Of a DNA stretch of 64,000 nucleotides, positions 23,574 through 34,269 are shown one piece after another. The stretch's first letter is position 1; each line of letters opens with the position of its first letter. Position numbers and translations under genes: made by a program. A model generated the notes under the pieces. That model was not told where the DNA came from, searched no databases, and worked only from the letters and a program-made list of their open reading frames with translations. The stretch is from an uncultured Verrucomicrobiae bacterium (lineage in GTDB: Bacteria > Verrucomicrobiota > Verrucomicrobiia > Limisphaerales > Palsa-1400). Where the stretch lies: NCBI GenBank assembly GCA_963707025.1, contig CAVPOM010000017.1:128001-192000 (forward strand). The letters are read 5' to 3'.

Positions 23574-25739
23574 ACTGGCTTTTCACCCCCGTCTGGAGCG
23601 AACGTCTCATCGCCGCCATCGCGCTGGGTTTGCTGGCGCTGGCGGGCCTGCGCCGCTGGCGGGAAGGCCGGGGCGGCGGGCCGCTGGCCTTGCGGGCGCT
23701 GGTCGTCGGCGGTCTGCTCCTGGTGCTGCTCAATCCCCAGGCGCCGCTCCCCCGCGAACGGACCGGCCAGCCCAAGCTCGTTATTTTGCTGGACACCTCG
23801 GCCAGCATGGCGGTGCGCGACGCGGGGGGAGATGCGCGGCTGGGCGCGGCCTTGCGCGTCCTGACCAACGCCTCCACCCTGGCGGGGTTGAACCGGGATT
23901 TCGTCCTGGATGTCCGCCGCTTTGACCGGGACCTTGGCCCGGCCGATTTAACCCGGCTTGCCGGGGAGAAGCCGGACGGCGACGCCACCGACACGGCGCA
24001 TGCCCTCATGAGCGTGGTGTCCGAACTGGGCGACGAAAAAACGCAAGCCGGTGTGCTGCTGGTCTCGGACGGGCGGGCCACCACGCCGGAGACCGGCCAG
24101 GCGGCGCAACTGGCGCTGGCCCGGTCCGTCCCGCTGTGGACCTGGACCCTGGGCGGGCCGGTGGCCAAGCACGATTTGTGGATCGAGACGGCTTCGTCCG
24201 AAGCGCTGGCCTTCAGCGGGGCGGAAGTAGAGTTGACAGCAACCTTGCGCGAGGCCGGCTACCCCAACCGCAGTTTCAAGGTCCAGTTGCTCCAGGACGA
24301 CAAAGTGATCGCGGAGAAGGAATGGACGCCGGACAGCGGCGGGGCGGCGCGCGTCTCCATGACGGTGACGGCGCCGGAGGAGGGCGAACAACGCTATCTG
24401 TTTCGCGTGCCGCCGCAACCGGAGGAGGCGGACACGGCCAACAATGAACGCGCCGTGTTCCTGCGCTCGGTGCGCCTGGCAGGTGCGGGTGCTGGTGGCG
24501 GAGGGACAGCCTTCGTGGGACACGAAATTCCTGGTGCAGTCGCTCAAGCGCAATCCCAAGGTGGACCTGACCGCGGTTTATCGCCTCAATGCCCAGCGCC
24601 ACGTCGCGGTCCTTTCCGCGACCAACGGCGAAATGCGCAGCGAACAGGACCTTTTCCCGCGGACGGCGGAGGCGATGGACGCCTACGACGTGATCGTGCT
24701 GGGGCGCGAGGTGGACGCTTTTTTTGACAACCAGACGGAGGCGCTGCTGACGGATTTTGTGGCGCGGCGGGGCGGCAGCCTGGTCTTCGCGCGCGGCAAG
24801 GCCTACGGCGGGCGGTTTCCGGCGCTGGCGAAATTTGAGCCGGTGGCCTGGGGCAGCGGGCCGGCGGCGGCGGTCAAGCTGCGGCCCACCGAAGCGGGGC
24901 GTGACAATCCTATTTTTGACCTGGGGGCGGCCGGGACGCTGGAGGAATTGCTGGACCGGCTGCCGGCGCTGGACCAGGCCAGCGTCACGTTGGGGGAGAA
25001 ACCGCTGGCAGTGGTGCTGGCCAACTCCCTGGAACCGGACGGCCCAATCCTGCTGGCCTATCAGCGCTACGGCCAGGGCAAGGCGCTGAGTTTGAACGCG
25101 GGCGGATTGTGGCGGTGGTCCTTCCGCCAGACCGGCCAGGAGGAAAGCGAGGCGGCCTATCAACGCTTCTGGGTGTCGCTCTTGCAGTGGCTCTTGGGCG
25201 GCAGCCAGTTTTTGCCCGGCTCGGACTTGGCCCTGACCAGCGCCCGCCGCTATTACACCAGCGAGCAGCCCATGCGCTTCCTCATCGCCACGCGCAACCT
25301 GGAGGCCGCCGCTTACCAGCCGCGCCTGGTCATCGCCGGCTTGGGCCGGAGCACGGAAGTGGAACCGCGCGCCCGGGGCGACTCCCTCGTGGCGGAGGCC
25401 GGTCCGTTCGCGCCGGGATCCTATCGGGTCACGCTGAAAAACAATGTGGGAAAACCGGCCGAATTGACCCAAACCATCGAGGTGGTGAGCGCGTCGGTGG
25501 AAAACCGGGAGCTTTCCGCCGACCCCGAAACCATGCGCAAGCTGGCGGAGGTTTCCGGCGGCGCGGTGGTCCAGGCCGGCGACGTGGCCCGCCTGTCCGA
25601 AGTCATCCGGCGCTGGGAAGTCCGGCGTGAATTATCGCACCGCGAACAACCGGTTTGGGACCGGTGGTGGCTGTGGGCGGCGCTGGCCGGCTTGCTCGGG
25701 GCCGAATGGTGGCTGCGCCGCCAGGAAGGATTATTATGA
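23570..25739 (+). CDS. vWA + glutamine-amidotransferase-like membrane protein (frameshift ~24475)
   Basis: DTSASM MIDAS, SDGR, VRVLVAEGQPSWDTKFL, YGQGK..LWRW, EWWLRRQEGLL; two overlapping ORFs form one gene. Confidence 0.82.
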
Positions 25740-28449
25740 AAAGTGTGCTGCACAGTTTGCGCTCGCGCCTGGCCGGTGGATGGCGTTGCGCTCGGTGCTG
25801 GCCGCGCTGGCCATGCTGGGCACGCTCACACTCGCGCTGGTCCTGGCGGACGCGGCGGTGGATTTGCCGCAGGGCGCGCGGGTGGCCGCCCCCGCGTTGC
25901 TGGCCGCGGCGGTTTTGGGGGTGGTGCTGGGCGGATGGGTGTTGTGGCGGCGCCTGACGGAAATAAGGCTGGCCCGCGCCTTGGAGCGCAAGGACACCTC
26001 GCTGGGCAACCGCCTGACCAACGCCGTGGACCTGGCGCGGAAAACCGGCGACAGCCCGGCGCAGGAATTCTTGCGGCGCCAGGCCGTCGAGCTGGGACGG
26101 CGCTCGGCGGCGGCATTGCCGGCGCGGCTGTTCCTGGGACGCAGCGTGCCGCGGACGTTTTTGATTTTGTTGGGCAGCCTGCTGGCCTGGGGAATTTTGC
26201 GGCTGGCGGCGCCGGATTTGGTCCGGGCCGTTGTGCCGCGCTTTTTGGATGCGCGAGGGGACCATCCGCCCTTCAGCCGGTTGATCCTCCAGGTGACTCC
26301 CGGGGCCGCTTCCATTCTCTACGGCGGCCAGATGGAAGTGCGGGCGACGGCCAGCGGCAGGTTGGTGGACAAATTGTGGCTGGTGCAGCGGACCGGCACG
26401 CGGGAGACGCGCGCCATCATGTTTTTGGCCCCGGACAAATCGTTTTTTCAAACCCTGGCCAATTTGCGGGAAGCCACCGAGTATTGGGTGACGGACGGGG
26501 CGGCGCGCAGCCGGCGGTTTGCCGTGACGGTGCTGAACACGCCGCAAATCGCGCAGGTGGAAGTGACAACGGAGTTTCCCCAATACACCGGCAAACCGGC
26601 CCACACGGGCAAATTGAGCGAGGAAGCGCAGGCCCTGCCGGAAGACACCCGCGTCAGCTTCCGCGTGACCAGCAACCGCCCGCTCCAATCGGGCGCGCTT
26701 GAGCTGACGCCGGTGCTGGGGGGAAAACCGGCCACCGTCAAACTGGCCCCGGCCCAAGCCGGCACTGCCGTCGTCAGCGGCAGCTTCATCCTGACCGAGG
26801 CAGTCGCCTTCAGCCTTTCCGTGCGGGACACCGGCGGGCTGGACTCAGCGGAAAACCGGCGGGGACGGTTTAATATTCTGCCGGACCAGCCGCCGCGCCT
26901 CTTTGTGCTGGAGCCGGGCAAAGACGCGGTGGCGACGCCGACGACCCGCGTCCCGGTGCGGGTGCAGGCGACGGATGATTACGCGGTGACGCGAGTGGGC
27001 TGGCTGCGCGGATTCAACCGCTCGACCGAACGCCCGCTGAACATGAAGCTGACACTGCAAGGCGGCCCGCAAGCGGTCGAGGCGGCCGGAGCGTTTGAAC
27101 TGGCCAAGCTGGGGGTGCGGCCCGGGGACGTGATTGATTACTATTTTGAAGCGGCGGACAATAATCCCAAGGGGCCCAATGTCGTGTTCAGCCGCCCCTT
27201 CCGGCTGGAGATCATTTCGCCCGAACAATACGAAGCGATGTTGCGCCAATACGCCGCGCAAAAGGCGCTCTTTGAATCCTATTTCAAAAACGACGCCTGG
27301 CTCAAGCGCCTGGCGGAACGGGCGCGCAGCGCCGCAGCCAAGGCGGAAAAGACCGATCCGGGCGCGCGCGACGAGGCGGCGGCGCTGGCCAAACTGCTGG
27401 ACGAATACCAGAAGGCGCTGCAGAAACTTTTGCAGGAGCCGGCCATGTTCGACGTGGAGCAGTCGTTCCGGGAGACACTGTCCGCGGAACTGGCCGCCAT
27501 CGAGGCCTTGAAATCGAGGCTGGACAAGGCCCTCGCCGGCGGCGTGCTGGATGCGGAGGCGCTGAAGAAGTTGAGCGAGGAACTGGGCGCGTTGAGCCAG
27601 GAGGAGGCGGCGGCGGTGTTCCTGCCGGCGCAGGAAATTGCGGCGGTGGTGGATCTGCTGGCGGCGGCGGACGCTTTTGTCAAGCTGGCCCAGCGCCAGG
27701 CCGCCCTGGCCCAATTGCTGGAGCGCTTTGCCCAAATCCCCAATCCCTTGTCGCGCCTGGAGCAGATGGAATTGCAGGAACTGGCCCACCAACAGCATCG
27801 CGTGCAGGACGAACTGCGGGATTTGCTGGGGCGATTGCCGGAGCTGCTGAACAAGATTCCGCGCAACGCCGCCTACGAACAATTGCATGAGGACGTGAAT
27901 GATTTTCTCCAGGCGGCGGGCGATTTGAAAATATTTGAGGACCTGGCCGCCGCCTCGCAGGCGCTGGATTTGCCGGAGGCGCGCACCGGCCAGGCTCTGG
28001 CCGCGCGCGCCGCGGCCAAAATGGACCAGCTTATCGCCCGCTGCAATGCCGCGGGCACGGCGGGCGACCAAGCCCTGACCCTGCGCTTCGCGCCTCTTCT
28101 CAGAAAGCCCGGCCTGGGCAACACCCTCGCCCAGATTCTGGCCGCGCTCGGGTCGGGCCAGGGCCAGGGGGGACGGGATGGTTACGGATTGTTTAATGAA
28201 GGCGTCGCCGTGTACGGCCCGAACGTCCAATTGGCCGGAGAGCAGGCCGGCAACCGGGGCGAGGCCCGCGCCGACACCAGCCGCCGCGACCAGCAGGTGG
28301 CGGGCGACGCGCGCGACCCGGGTTTGGCGCAGCCGGAGGCGCCGGGCCGCGTCCGCCTGCAGCCCGACGCCAAATTCCCCCTGCGCTACCGGGAGCTGGT
28401 GGGCGAGTATTTTCGCGCCGTCGCGGAATCCCAAAAGGAAGGAAACTGA
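25736..28449 (+). CDS. DUF4175-like membrane protein with long helical/coiled-coil C-terminus (frameshift ~25775)
   Basis: LGNRLTNAVDL, ATDDYAV, GDVIDYYFEAADN, FPLRYRELVGEYF; ATG at 25736 overlaps the upstream stop. Confidence 0.78.
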
Positions 28450-28455
28450 TTATGA

Positions 28456-28480
28456 GATTAGGATTAAGATTAGGATTAGG
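28456..28480. repeat. 6-bp tandem array (GATTAR) x4
   Basis: gattag gattaa gattag gattag; same unit as 59736-59817. Confidence 0.8.
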
Positions 28481-28503
28481 AAGGAGACGTTCCGGCCGGG
28501 GCG

Positions 28504-29139
28504 ATGTTGCTTCTGGCCGCGCTCTGTGCCGCGCATACGCCCACGGCCGGGGCGGCCGGGAACGAGGTGGAATGCGCCAACCTGATTTATGCCGGGACGA
28601 AAAGCTCGGTTTGTTTCGGGGAAGAGTTTTTGGCGACGGTGGCCAGCCAGACCAGCATCAACACCTCCCGCAAGTTCAAGCCGGTGAAACTGGGTGAGAG
28701 CGAAGTTTTTAACTTTCCTTTCGCCGTGATGACGGGCGAGGGCGCCTTCACCCTGACCGAGGAGGAGCGCAAAAATCTCAAGCTCTACCTGGAAAAGGGC
28801 GGGTTCCTCCTGGCCAGCGCCGGGTGCAGCAGCAAGGAATGGGGCGACTCGTTTACCAGGGAAATGGAGGCCATCCTGCCCGAGCGCAAGCTGGCCGAAG
28901 TCCCCATGAGCCATCCTATTTTTCGCACCGTCTTCGATGTGGACCGGCTGGACATGAGCCACGGGGGCGACGCCAAGCTGCTCGGTTTGTCCATCGGCGG
29001 CAAGATTGTGGTGATTTACTCGCCGGACGGGCTGAACGACACGGCCAGCATGACCGGCTGCTGCTGTTGCGGCGGCAACGAGATTCGCAACAGCCAGAAA
29101 GTCAACGCCAACATCCTGGCCTACGCCTTGCTGCAATGA
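28504..29139 (+). CDS. DUF4159 domain protein, exported, with CCCC motif
   Basis: FPFAVMTGEG..EERKNLKLYLEKGGFLL, SHPIF, NANILAYAL; GCCCCGG near the C-terminus. Confidence 0.88.
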   Translation: MLLLAALCAAHTPTAGAAGNEVECANLIYAGTKSSVCFGEEFLATVASQTSINTSRKFKPVKLGESEVFNFPFAVMTGEGAFTLTEEERKNLKLYLEKGGFLLASAGCSSKEWGDSFTREMEAILPERKLAEVPMSHPIFRTVFDVDRLDMSHGGDAKLLGLSIGGKIVVIYSPDGLNDTASMTGCCCCGGNEIRNSQKVNANILAYALLQ

Positions 29140-29140
29140 C

Positions 29141-32100
29141 ATGAAAATCTGGCCGGCCATCCTGAAACGGGGCGCGGCGCGGCTCGCGGTGGCGGCGCTC
29201 CTGGCGGCGGGCTGGCCGGCGGGCGGCGCGGAGGCGACCAACCAGCCGGTGTTCCATGCCACCTTCCGGGCGGCGGCGGCGGCGGCGGCGGCGGACCAGT
29301 CGCTGGTCCTGCTCATCTTCGGGGCGGACTGGTGCGGGCCCTGCCAGCAATTGAAAAAGGAAACGCTGGCCGCGCCGGAGTTCCTCCTGCAGGGCGAGCC
29401 GCTGCATGTCGTGGAGGTGGATGTGGATGCCAGCCGGAAAATGGCGCGCGATTTTGCGGTGGAGGCGATCCCCGCCCTCGTCCTGCTCACCGCCGACGGC
29501 AAAATCACGGACCGCCGCACCGGATTTGTCAATACTACTGAAATGCTGGCCTTTCTCGACAACGGACGGCGCCGCGCCGACCTGGGACAATGGGACGGCC
29601 TGGCCCCGGCCAATCCGCTGGACCAATATCTCAAAAAAGCGGCGGCGGACAGTTTGACCACCAATGACCTGCGGCGCCTGGTGGAAATGTTGGGCGAACC
29701 GGACCCGGCGGACCGGGCCGGCCTGGCCGGCCTCCTGCTGGCGCAGCGGGAACAGGCCGTGCCCTGGCTGATTGACGCTGTCAATCATCCCTACTTGGGC
29801 GTGCGCATCGGGGCGGCGGAATTGCTGCGGCGCCTGGCGCCGCAAATCCCGGCCCTGGATCCCTGGCAGTCGCCGGAGGAACTGGCCGATGCGGCGGCCA
29901 ATCTCAGAAAGTGGTGGGCCGCGGCCGGCGCGCTCCCGCCGCCGGGCCGGGCGGAGGCGGCCGATCCGGCGCTGGACAATTCCGTCAAGGCGGCCTTGGA
30001 AACCTTGCGCGGGGATGATCCGGTGCGGCGCACCGCCGCCATGGCCGCGCTGGCCGGCGCGGGCGCCGCCGCCCTGCCCGCCGTGCGCGAGGCCATCCGG
30101 CGGGCGGAACGGAGCGCCGACCCGCGCATGATCGGCTGGCTGGAGGATGTGCGCTGGGCCATTCTCATCCCGGACGCCCTGGAAGAGCACGCGGGCGGCG
30201 TGCGCAAAATCCTGGCGCGCGGCAAGAGCCTGGAGCGGCAGTCGGCGGCGCAACGCTTGGGCCGGATGGGAGCGGAGGCCCTGGGCGCCTTGACCGAGAT
30301 GGTCAACGACAACGATCCCATTGTGGCGGAAAGCGCGGCCCGCGCCTTGTCGGAGGTGGGCGGCGATCACGCCATCCCCGCCCTGGCCGCGCTGCTCACC
30401 GCGGGCGACAGCAATTTGCGCATGACGGCGGCGCAGGCCCTGGGCCACACCAAGAGCGAGGACGCCATCCCACCGCTGCTCACGGTGGCGGATGACCCCA
30501 ATGAAGTGGTGGCTTGCACGGCCTTGGCCGCCTTGCAGGAGGCCCGCTCCGCCGGCAACGGCCTGCCCGCCAACCGGGCTGTGCCGGAGGAAATTTCCGC
30601 CGCCCTCCGCCGCGGTTTGGGCGATCCGCGCTGGCGGGTGCGCGCGGCGGCGGCGGAGGCTGCCGGAAAAATGGGCGCGCACGACCTGGCCGGCGAAGTG
30701 AAAAAATTGCTGGAGGACACCGACGGTTTCGTGGTGCAAAAAGCCCTGGCGGCGCTCAATGAGCTGGGCGCCCCGCCCGACACCCAGGCACTGGCCGCCA
30801 TCGCCCGGCGTCTGCCCGGTTTGCGGGCGGGCGCGGTGGCCACGATGTTGCAGTCAAAAACAAAGGAAACGATGGACGCCGTGACCGGGATGTTCAATGC
30901 CAGCGATGTCAACGGGCAAATCGCCATCCTCCAGGCCATGGCCGGCGAAGGGGGCGGGCGCAACGCGGCGGCGCTGGAATTCGGACTGAACGGGTTCTTC
31001 CCAAGTGGGAACGCCGGCGCAACGGAGGAGGATATAAGCTGGAAATCTTTGTTGACAAAGGCCGCCACTTCCCCGGAGGCCCGGTTGCGGCGCGGCGCGG
31101 CGGAGGCGCTGTTGCGGCAGCCGGCCAATCTTTCCTCCGAACTGGTCGCCCCGCTGCTGGCGGACGAGGACCCGGCCACCCGCGCGGCGGCGGCGGACGT
31201 GGTTCTGTCAATACTCGTTCCTCCGGCCAGCCCGGGGATGGTCTCGCGATCTGGCGCCGCGGCCGGGACCAACGCGCCGCCGGCCAGCGCCAGCCAGTTG
31301 GCCTCGTGGCACGCGGCCTTGCTGCAAAGAACCAACCCCGCCCCGTCGCTCCGCCTGGCGGCGGCCGTGTTTGCCACAGGCGACGCCAAAATGGATTTGC
31401 CGCTGCTCCTGGCCGCGTTGGACAAGCCGGAAGCCGCGCCCGCGCTGCGGGACCAGGATGCGGCGGCTCTGGGCTTGATTATGGCCAAGCTGCCCTGGCC
31501 GGAAGGCCGGGCGGTGCTCGACAAATTGTGCGGCTCCCCTGTCTTGTTCGCCATGGCCGCGCAACAAAGTGGACGCGCGGCCAGTGGACGCGCCGCCCCC
31601 GCCGCGGCCGATTATCTGCTGGAGCCGGCCCGGTTTAAATCAGCCCTGGAACGCGCCAGCGGCGAGCCGCTCCGGGACGCGCTGCAAATTCTGGCTGGCT
31701 ACCTCCAGCCCTCCTTCGGCGGCGAGGGCGTTATGGTCACAGGCATTTTGGCAGGCGGCGCCGCGCCGGCCGCCGCCGCCCCGTGGTCGCTCTGGGCGGA
31801 CAACGACCGGGTGAAATCCATAACGCTCACGCTGCTGGAATCCACCAACGCGGCCTGGCGGGCGGCGGCGGTCTATTCCCTGGGCTTGCGCACGGATGCG
31901 GAGCAAAACACGGCGATTTTCGAAAAGGCGGCCGGCGATCCCAATGGATGGGTCCGCCGGGCCGCCGCGCAAACCCTGGCGCGGCACACCAAGGACCGCG
32001 CGGCGTTGGAAGCCCGTTTGGGGCCGCTCCTGTCGGATACCAATGTCGCGGTAGCGGGCTTGGTTGCCACCTTGCTTTTGGAGCCGGAAATTCGCCAGGC

Positions 32101-32578
32101 GGCGGATTTGGAGGGCCAGTTGAATTCATTTGAGTTTGATGGCAGCTACGGGGGAAGTTTTGATTTCGGGCAAGGCATCAATCCAAATAATGATCGTCCT
32201 TTTACGACCTTGGAGGGCAAGCCGGCGTTTCTGGAGCAGGCCGCCAAATGGGCCGCAGCCGCCAAGCCGGAGGAAGAGGCGCCCTTTGCCCTGCTGCTGG
32301 CGCAGTACGGGCAATTCGGCGGGCTGGACCGGCTGCTCTCGCACAGCGCCGCGAAGAAGGCCGGCGGGCCAAACGAGTTGGACGATGCCATCATGGCCGC
32401 CATCGCTCTGAGCCAGGACGCCAAATACCTGCCCGCCTTGCGCCAAATGGTGGCAGCCCGCAACGATCAATGGCAACTGCGCAAGATTCTGCAAGCCTTG
32501 CAAGGCATGTCGGGCGCTGACGCCCGGCAGTTGCGGCTGGACATCAACAAAAAATTGCGGACCGTCAACAGCCCTTAG
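29141..32578 (+). CDS. Exported thioredoxin-fold + HEAT-repeat protein
   Basis: Signal peptide, GADWCGPC, many HEAT repeats (e.g. DPRWRVRAAAAEAAG). Confidence 0.88.
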   Translation: MKIWPAILKRGAARLAVAALLAAGWPAGGAEATNQPVFHATFRAAAAAAAADQSLVLLIFGADWCGPCQQLKKETLAAPEFLLQGEPLHVVEVDVDASRKMARDFAVEAIPALVLLTADGKITDRRTGFVNTTEMLAFLDNGRRRADLGQWDGLAPANPLDQYLKKAAADSLTTNDLRRLVEMLGEPDPADRAGLAGLLLAQREQAVPWLIDAVNHPYLGVRIGAAELLRRLAPQIPALDPWQSPEELADAAANLRKWWAAAGALPPPGRAEAADPALDNSVKAALETLRGDDPVRRTAAMAALAGAGAAALPAVREAIRRAERSADPRMIGWLEDVRWAILIPDALEEHAGGVRKILARGKSLERQSAAQRLGRMGAEALGALTEMVNDNDPIVAESAARALSEVGGDHAIPALAALLTAGDSNLRMTAAQALGHTKSEDAIPPLLTVADDPNEVVACTALAALQEARSAGNGLPANRAVPEEISAALRRGLGDPRWRVRAAAAEAAGKMGAHDLAGEVKKLLEDTDGFVVQKALAALNELGAPPDTQALAAIARRLPGLRAGAVATMLQSKTKETMDAVTGMFNASDVNGQIAILQAMAGEGGGRNAAALEFGLNGFFPSGNAGATEEDISWKSLLTKAATSPEARLRRGAAEALLRQPANLSSELVAPLLADEDPATRAAAADVVLSILVPPASPGMVSRSGAAAGTNAPPASASQLASWHAALLQRTNPAPSLRLAAAVFATGDAKMDLPLLLAALDKPEAAPALRDQDAAALGLIMAKLPWPEGRAVLDKLCGSPVLFAMAAQQSGRAASGRAAPAAADYLLEPARFKSALERASGEPLRDALQILAGYLQPSFGGEGVMVTGILAGGAAPAAAAPWSLWADNDRVKSITLTLLESTNAAWRAAAVYSLGLRTDAEQNTAIFEKAAGDPNGWVRRAAAQTLARHTKDRAALEARLGPLLSDTNVAVAGLVATLLLEPEIRQAADLEGQLNSFEFDGSYGGSFDFGQGINPNNDRPFTTLEGKPAFLEQAAKWAAAAKPEEEAPFALLLAQYGQFGGLDRLLSHSAAKKAGGPNELDDAIMAAIALSQDAKYLPALRQMVAARNDQWQLRKILQALQGMSGADARQLRLDINKKLRTVNSP

Positions 32579-32615
32579 ACGGCTGCATCAGGCAACTCAC
32601 GAAAGGAAATTTGTC

Positions 32616-34247
32616 ATGCGAAAAAAACTCAGCGCCGGTTTGTTGCTGATCTGCCTCACCGGCTGTCTCCAGACCAAGGATGAACTGACCATCAACGCCG
32701 ATGGCTCGGGCCAGGTGCGGATCGAAACCCGCACCGCCGCCGGGGCCAATACGGCAGCCGCCGCGGGCATGGCCGGCGCCATGGGTGGCCAAGGCCTGGC
32801 CATCTACCCGCCGAGCAGCCCGGGGGAGGCGAAGACATTCTTTCCAGGGAAGGATTTTGTCCTCACCGCCAGGCAAACCAATGCGGAAAACGGGGACAGC
32901 ATCACGGTGATCGAGGCGCAATACAAAGACATCAACACGCTGCTGGCCAGCCCTTACGGACGCGCCCACCAACTGGCGGTGGAGTTGGACAAGGACGGTC
33001 TGGCGGTCAAAGCCGTCACGGGCATGGAAGCGGCGGCGCGGATGGCCGAAATGAAAGACGACACCGGCCTGGGGATGATGGGGATGATGGGCCTGCCGGG
33101 AATGGCCGGCGGCGACGCGCAAAAAAGAGCCGGCGAAATGCGGGCGGAATTTCGCATCACCCTGCCCAACCCCGTCACCTCTGCCAACGGCGCGCGCGAC
33201 GGCAAAACCGCCGCCTGGACGGTGGAGCGCGTCAAGTGCAAGGACGCGGCGGAATTTGCGCAGCAACTCGGCGTGGTCGCCGAGGCCCGCTGCACGGCGG
33301 ACGGGTTGAAATTCACGCCGTTGACCCCCGCGCGGCTGGGGTTGCAGCCGTTTGCACAATTAACCCCGGGAGCCGGCGCCTCCAAAGCGCCCCCCTTGGA
33401 CACCAATAAAATTGCCGCGGCGGTGAAATTTGTTCCTTACGGCCTGACGGTGACGCGGGCGGTGGATTTGAGCGGCAAAGGCGGCATGAACGAAAGCGGG
33501 GCGCAGTTGATCGGGGCGGTGGTGGTCCCGCCGGAATTCGCGCCGCAGAAATGGGGCGAGCCGGCCTTGCAGGAGGCGGTGGACGCCAAGGGCAACGACC
33601 TCAAACCCAAGCCATCCGCGGAGGGCGAATTTGGCGGGGGCATGAATTTTGGAGGGCGTTATTTCGGACCGGCTGGAGACCAGGACGTGGATGAAGAGGC
33701 TTCCACCAACGCGGTTTCCGACTTGCGCCATGTCGTGATGTTTTCCTTTCATCCTCCGGACTGGAAGGTCAAGGAAATCGGACGGCTCAAGGGTTCGGTC
33801 ACGCTGCATTATTTTGCCGGAGCGGAAGTCGTGAAGCTGACCAATGCCATTCCAGCCACCTGGATCATGAACATGGCCCAGGCCATGGCCGGAGGCGGAG
33901 GCATGGACATGACGGAGAAGCATCTCAACAGCCCACGGCTGGGGGAACTGGGTTTGGCGCTCTCCATGCAAACGGGCATGGCGCAAAGCGGCATGACTAT
34001 GCTGCAACTTGAAATCAAAGGCGGCAAGGGAGCGCTGGTGGACGCCCAGGCCTTTGACGCCGACGGCAAGCCCTGGCCGACCTTCCTGCAAATGGAAAAC
34101 ACCGGCATGGGCGACAACAGCAGTTGCCAGTTGATGATCGCCGGCTCGCCCAAGCCGCCGCTCTCCCTGGCCTTCACGGCCAGCGGCGCCGGTTCCAGCG
34201 TGGAAGTGCCCGTCCTGGTGGAACATGTGCCCCTCACCGCAAAATAA
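32616..34247 (+). CDS. Lipoprotein of unknown function, Met/Gly-rich
   Basis: Lipobox LTGC; LTINADGSG; RBS aaagga upstream. Confidence 0.8.
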   Translation: MRKKLSAGLLLICLTGCLQTKDELTINADGSGQVRIETRTAAGANTAAAAGMAGAMGGQGLAIYPPSSPGEAKTFFPGKDFVLTARQTNAENGDSITVIEAQYKDINTLLASPYGRAHQLAVELDKDGLAVKAVTGMEAAARMAEMKDDTGLGMMGMMGLPGMAGGDAQKRAGEMRAEFRITLPNPVTSANGARDGKTAAWTVERVKCKDAAEFAQQLGVVAEARCTADGLKFTPLTPARLGLQPFAQLTPGAGASKAPPLDTNKIAAAVKFVPYGLTVTRAVDLSGKGGMNESGAQLIGAVVVPPEFAPQKWGEPALQEAVDAKGNDLKPKPSAEGEFGGGMNFGGRYFGPAGDQDVDEEASTNAVSDLRHVVMFSFHPPDWKVKEIGRLKGSVTLHYFAGAEVVKLTNAIPATWIMNMAQAMAGGGGMDMTEKHLNSPRLGELGLALSMQTGMAQSGMTMLQLEIKGGKGALVDAQAFDADGKPWPTFLQMENTGMGDNSSCQLMIAGSPKPPLSLAFTASGAGSSVEVPVLVEHVPLTAK

Positions 34248-34269
34248 TTCCAGGAAAGGAACCCGAATC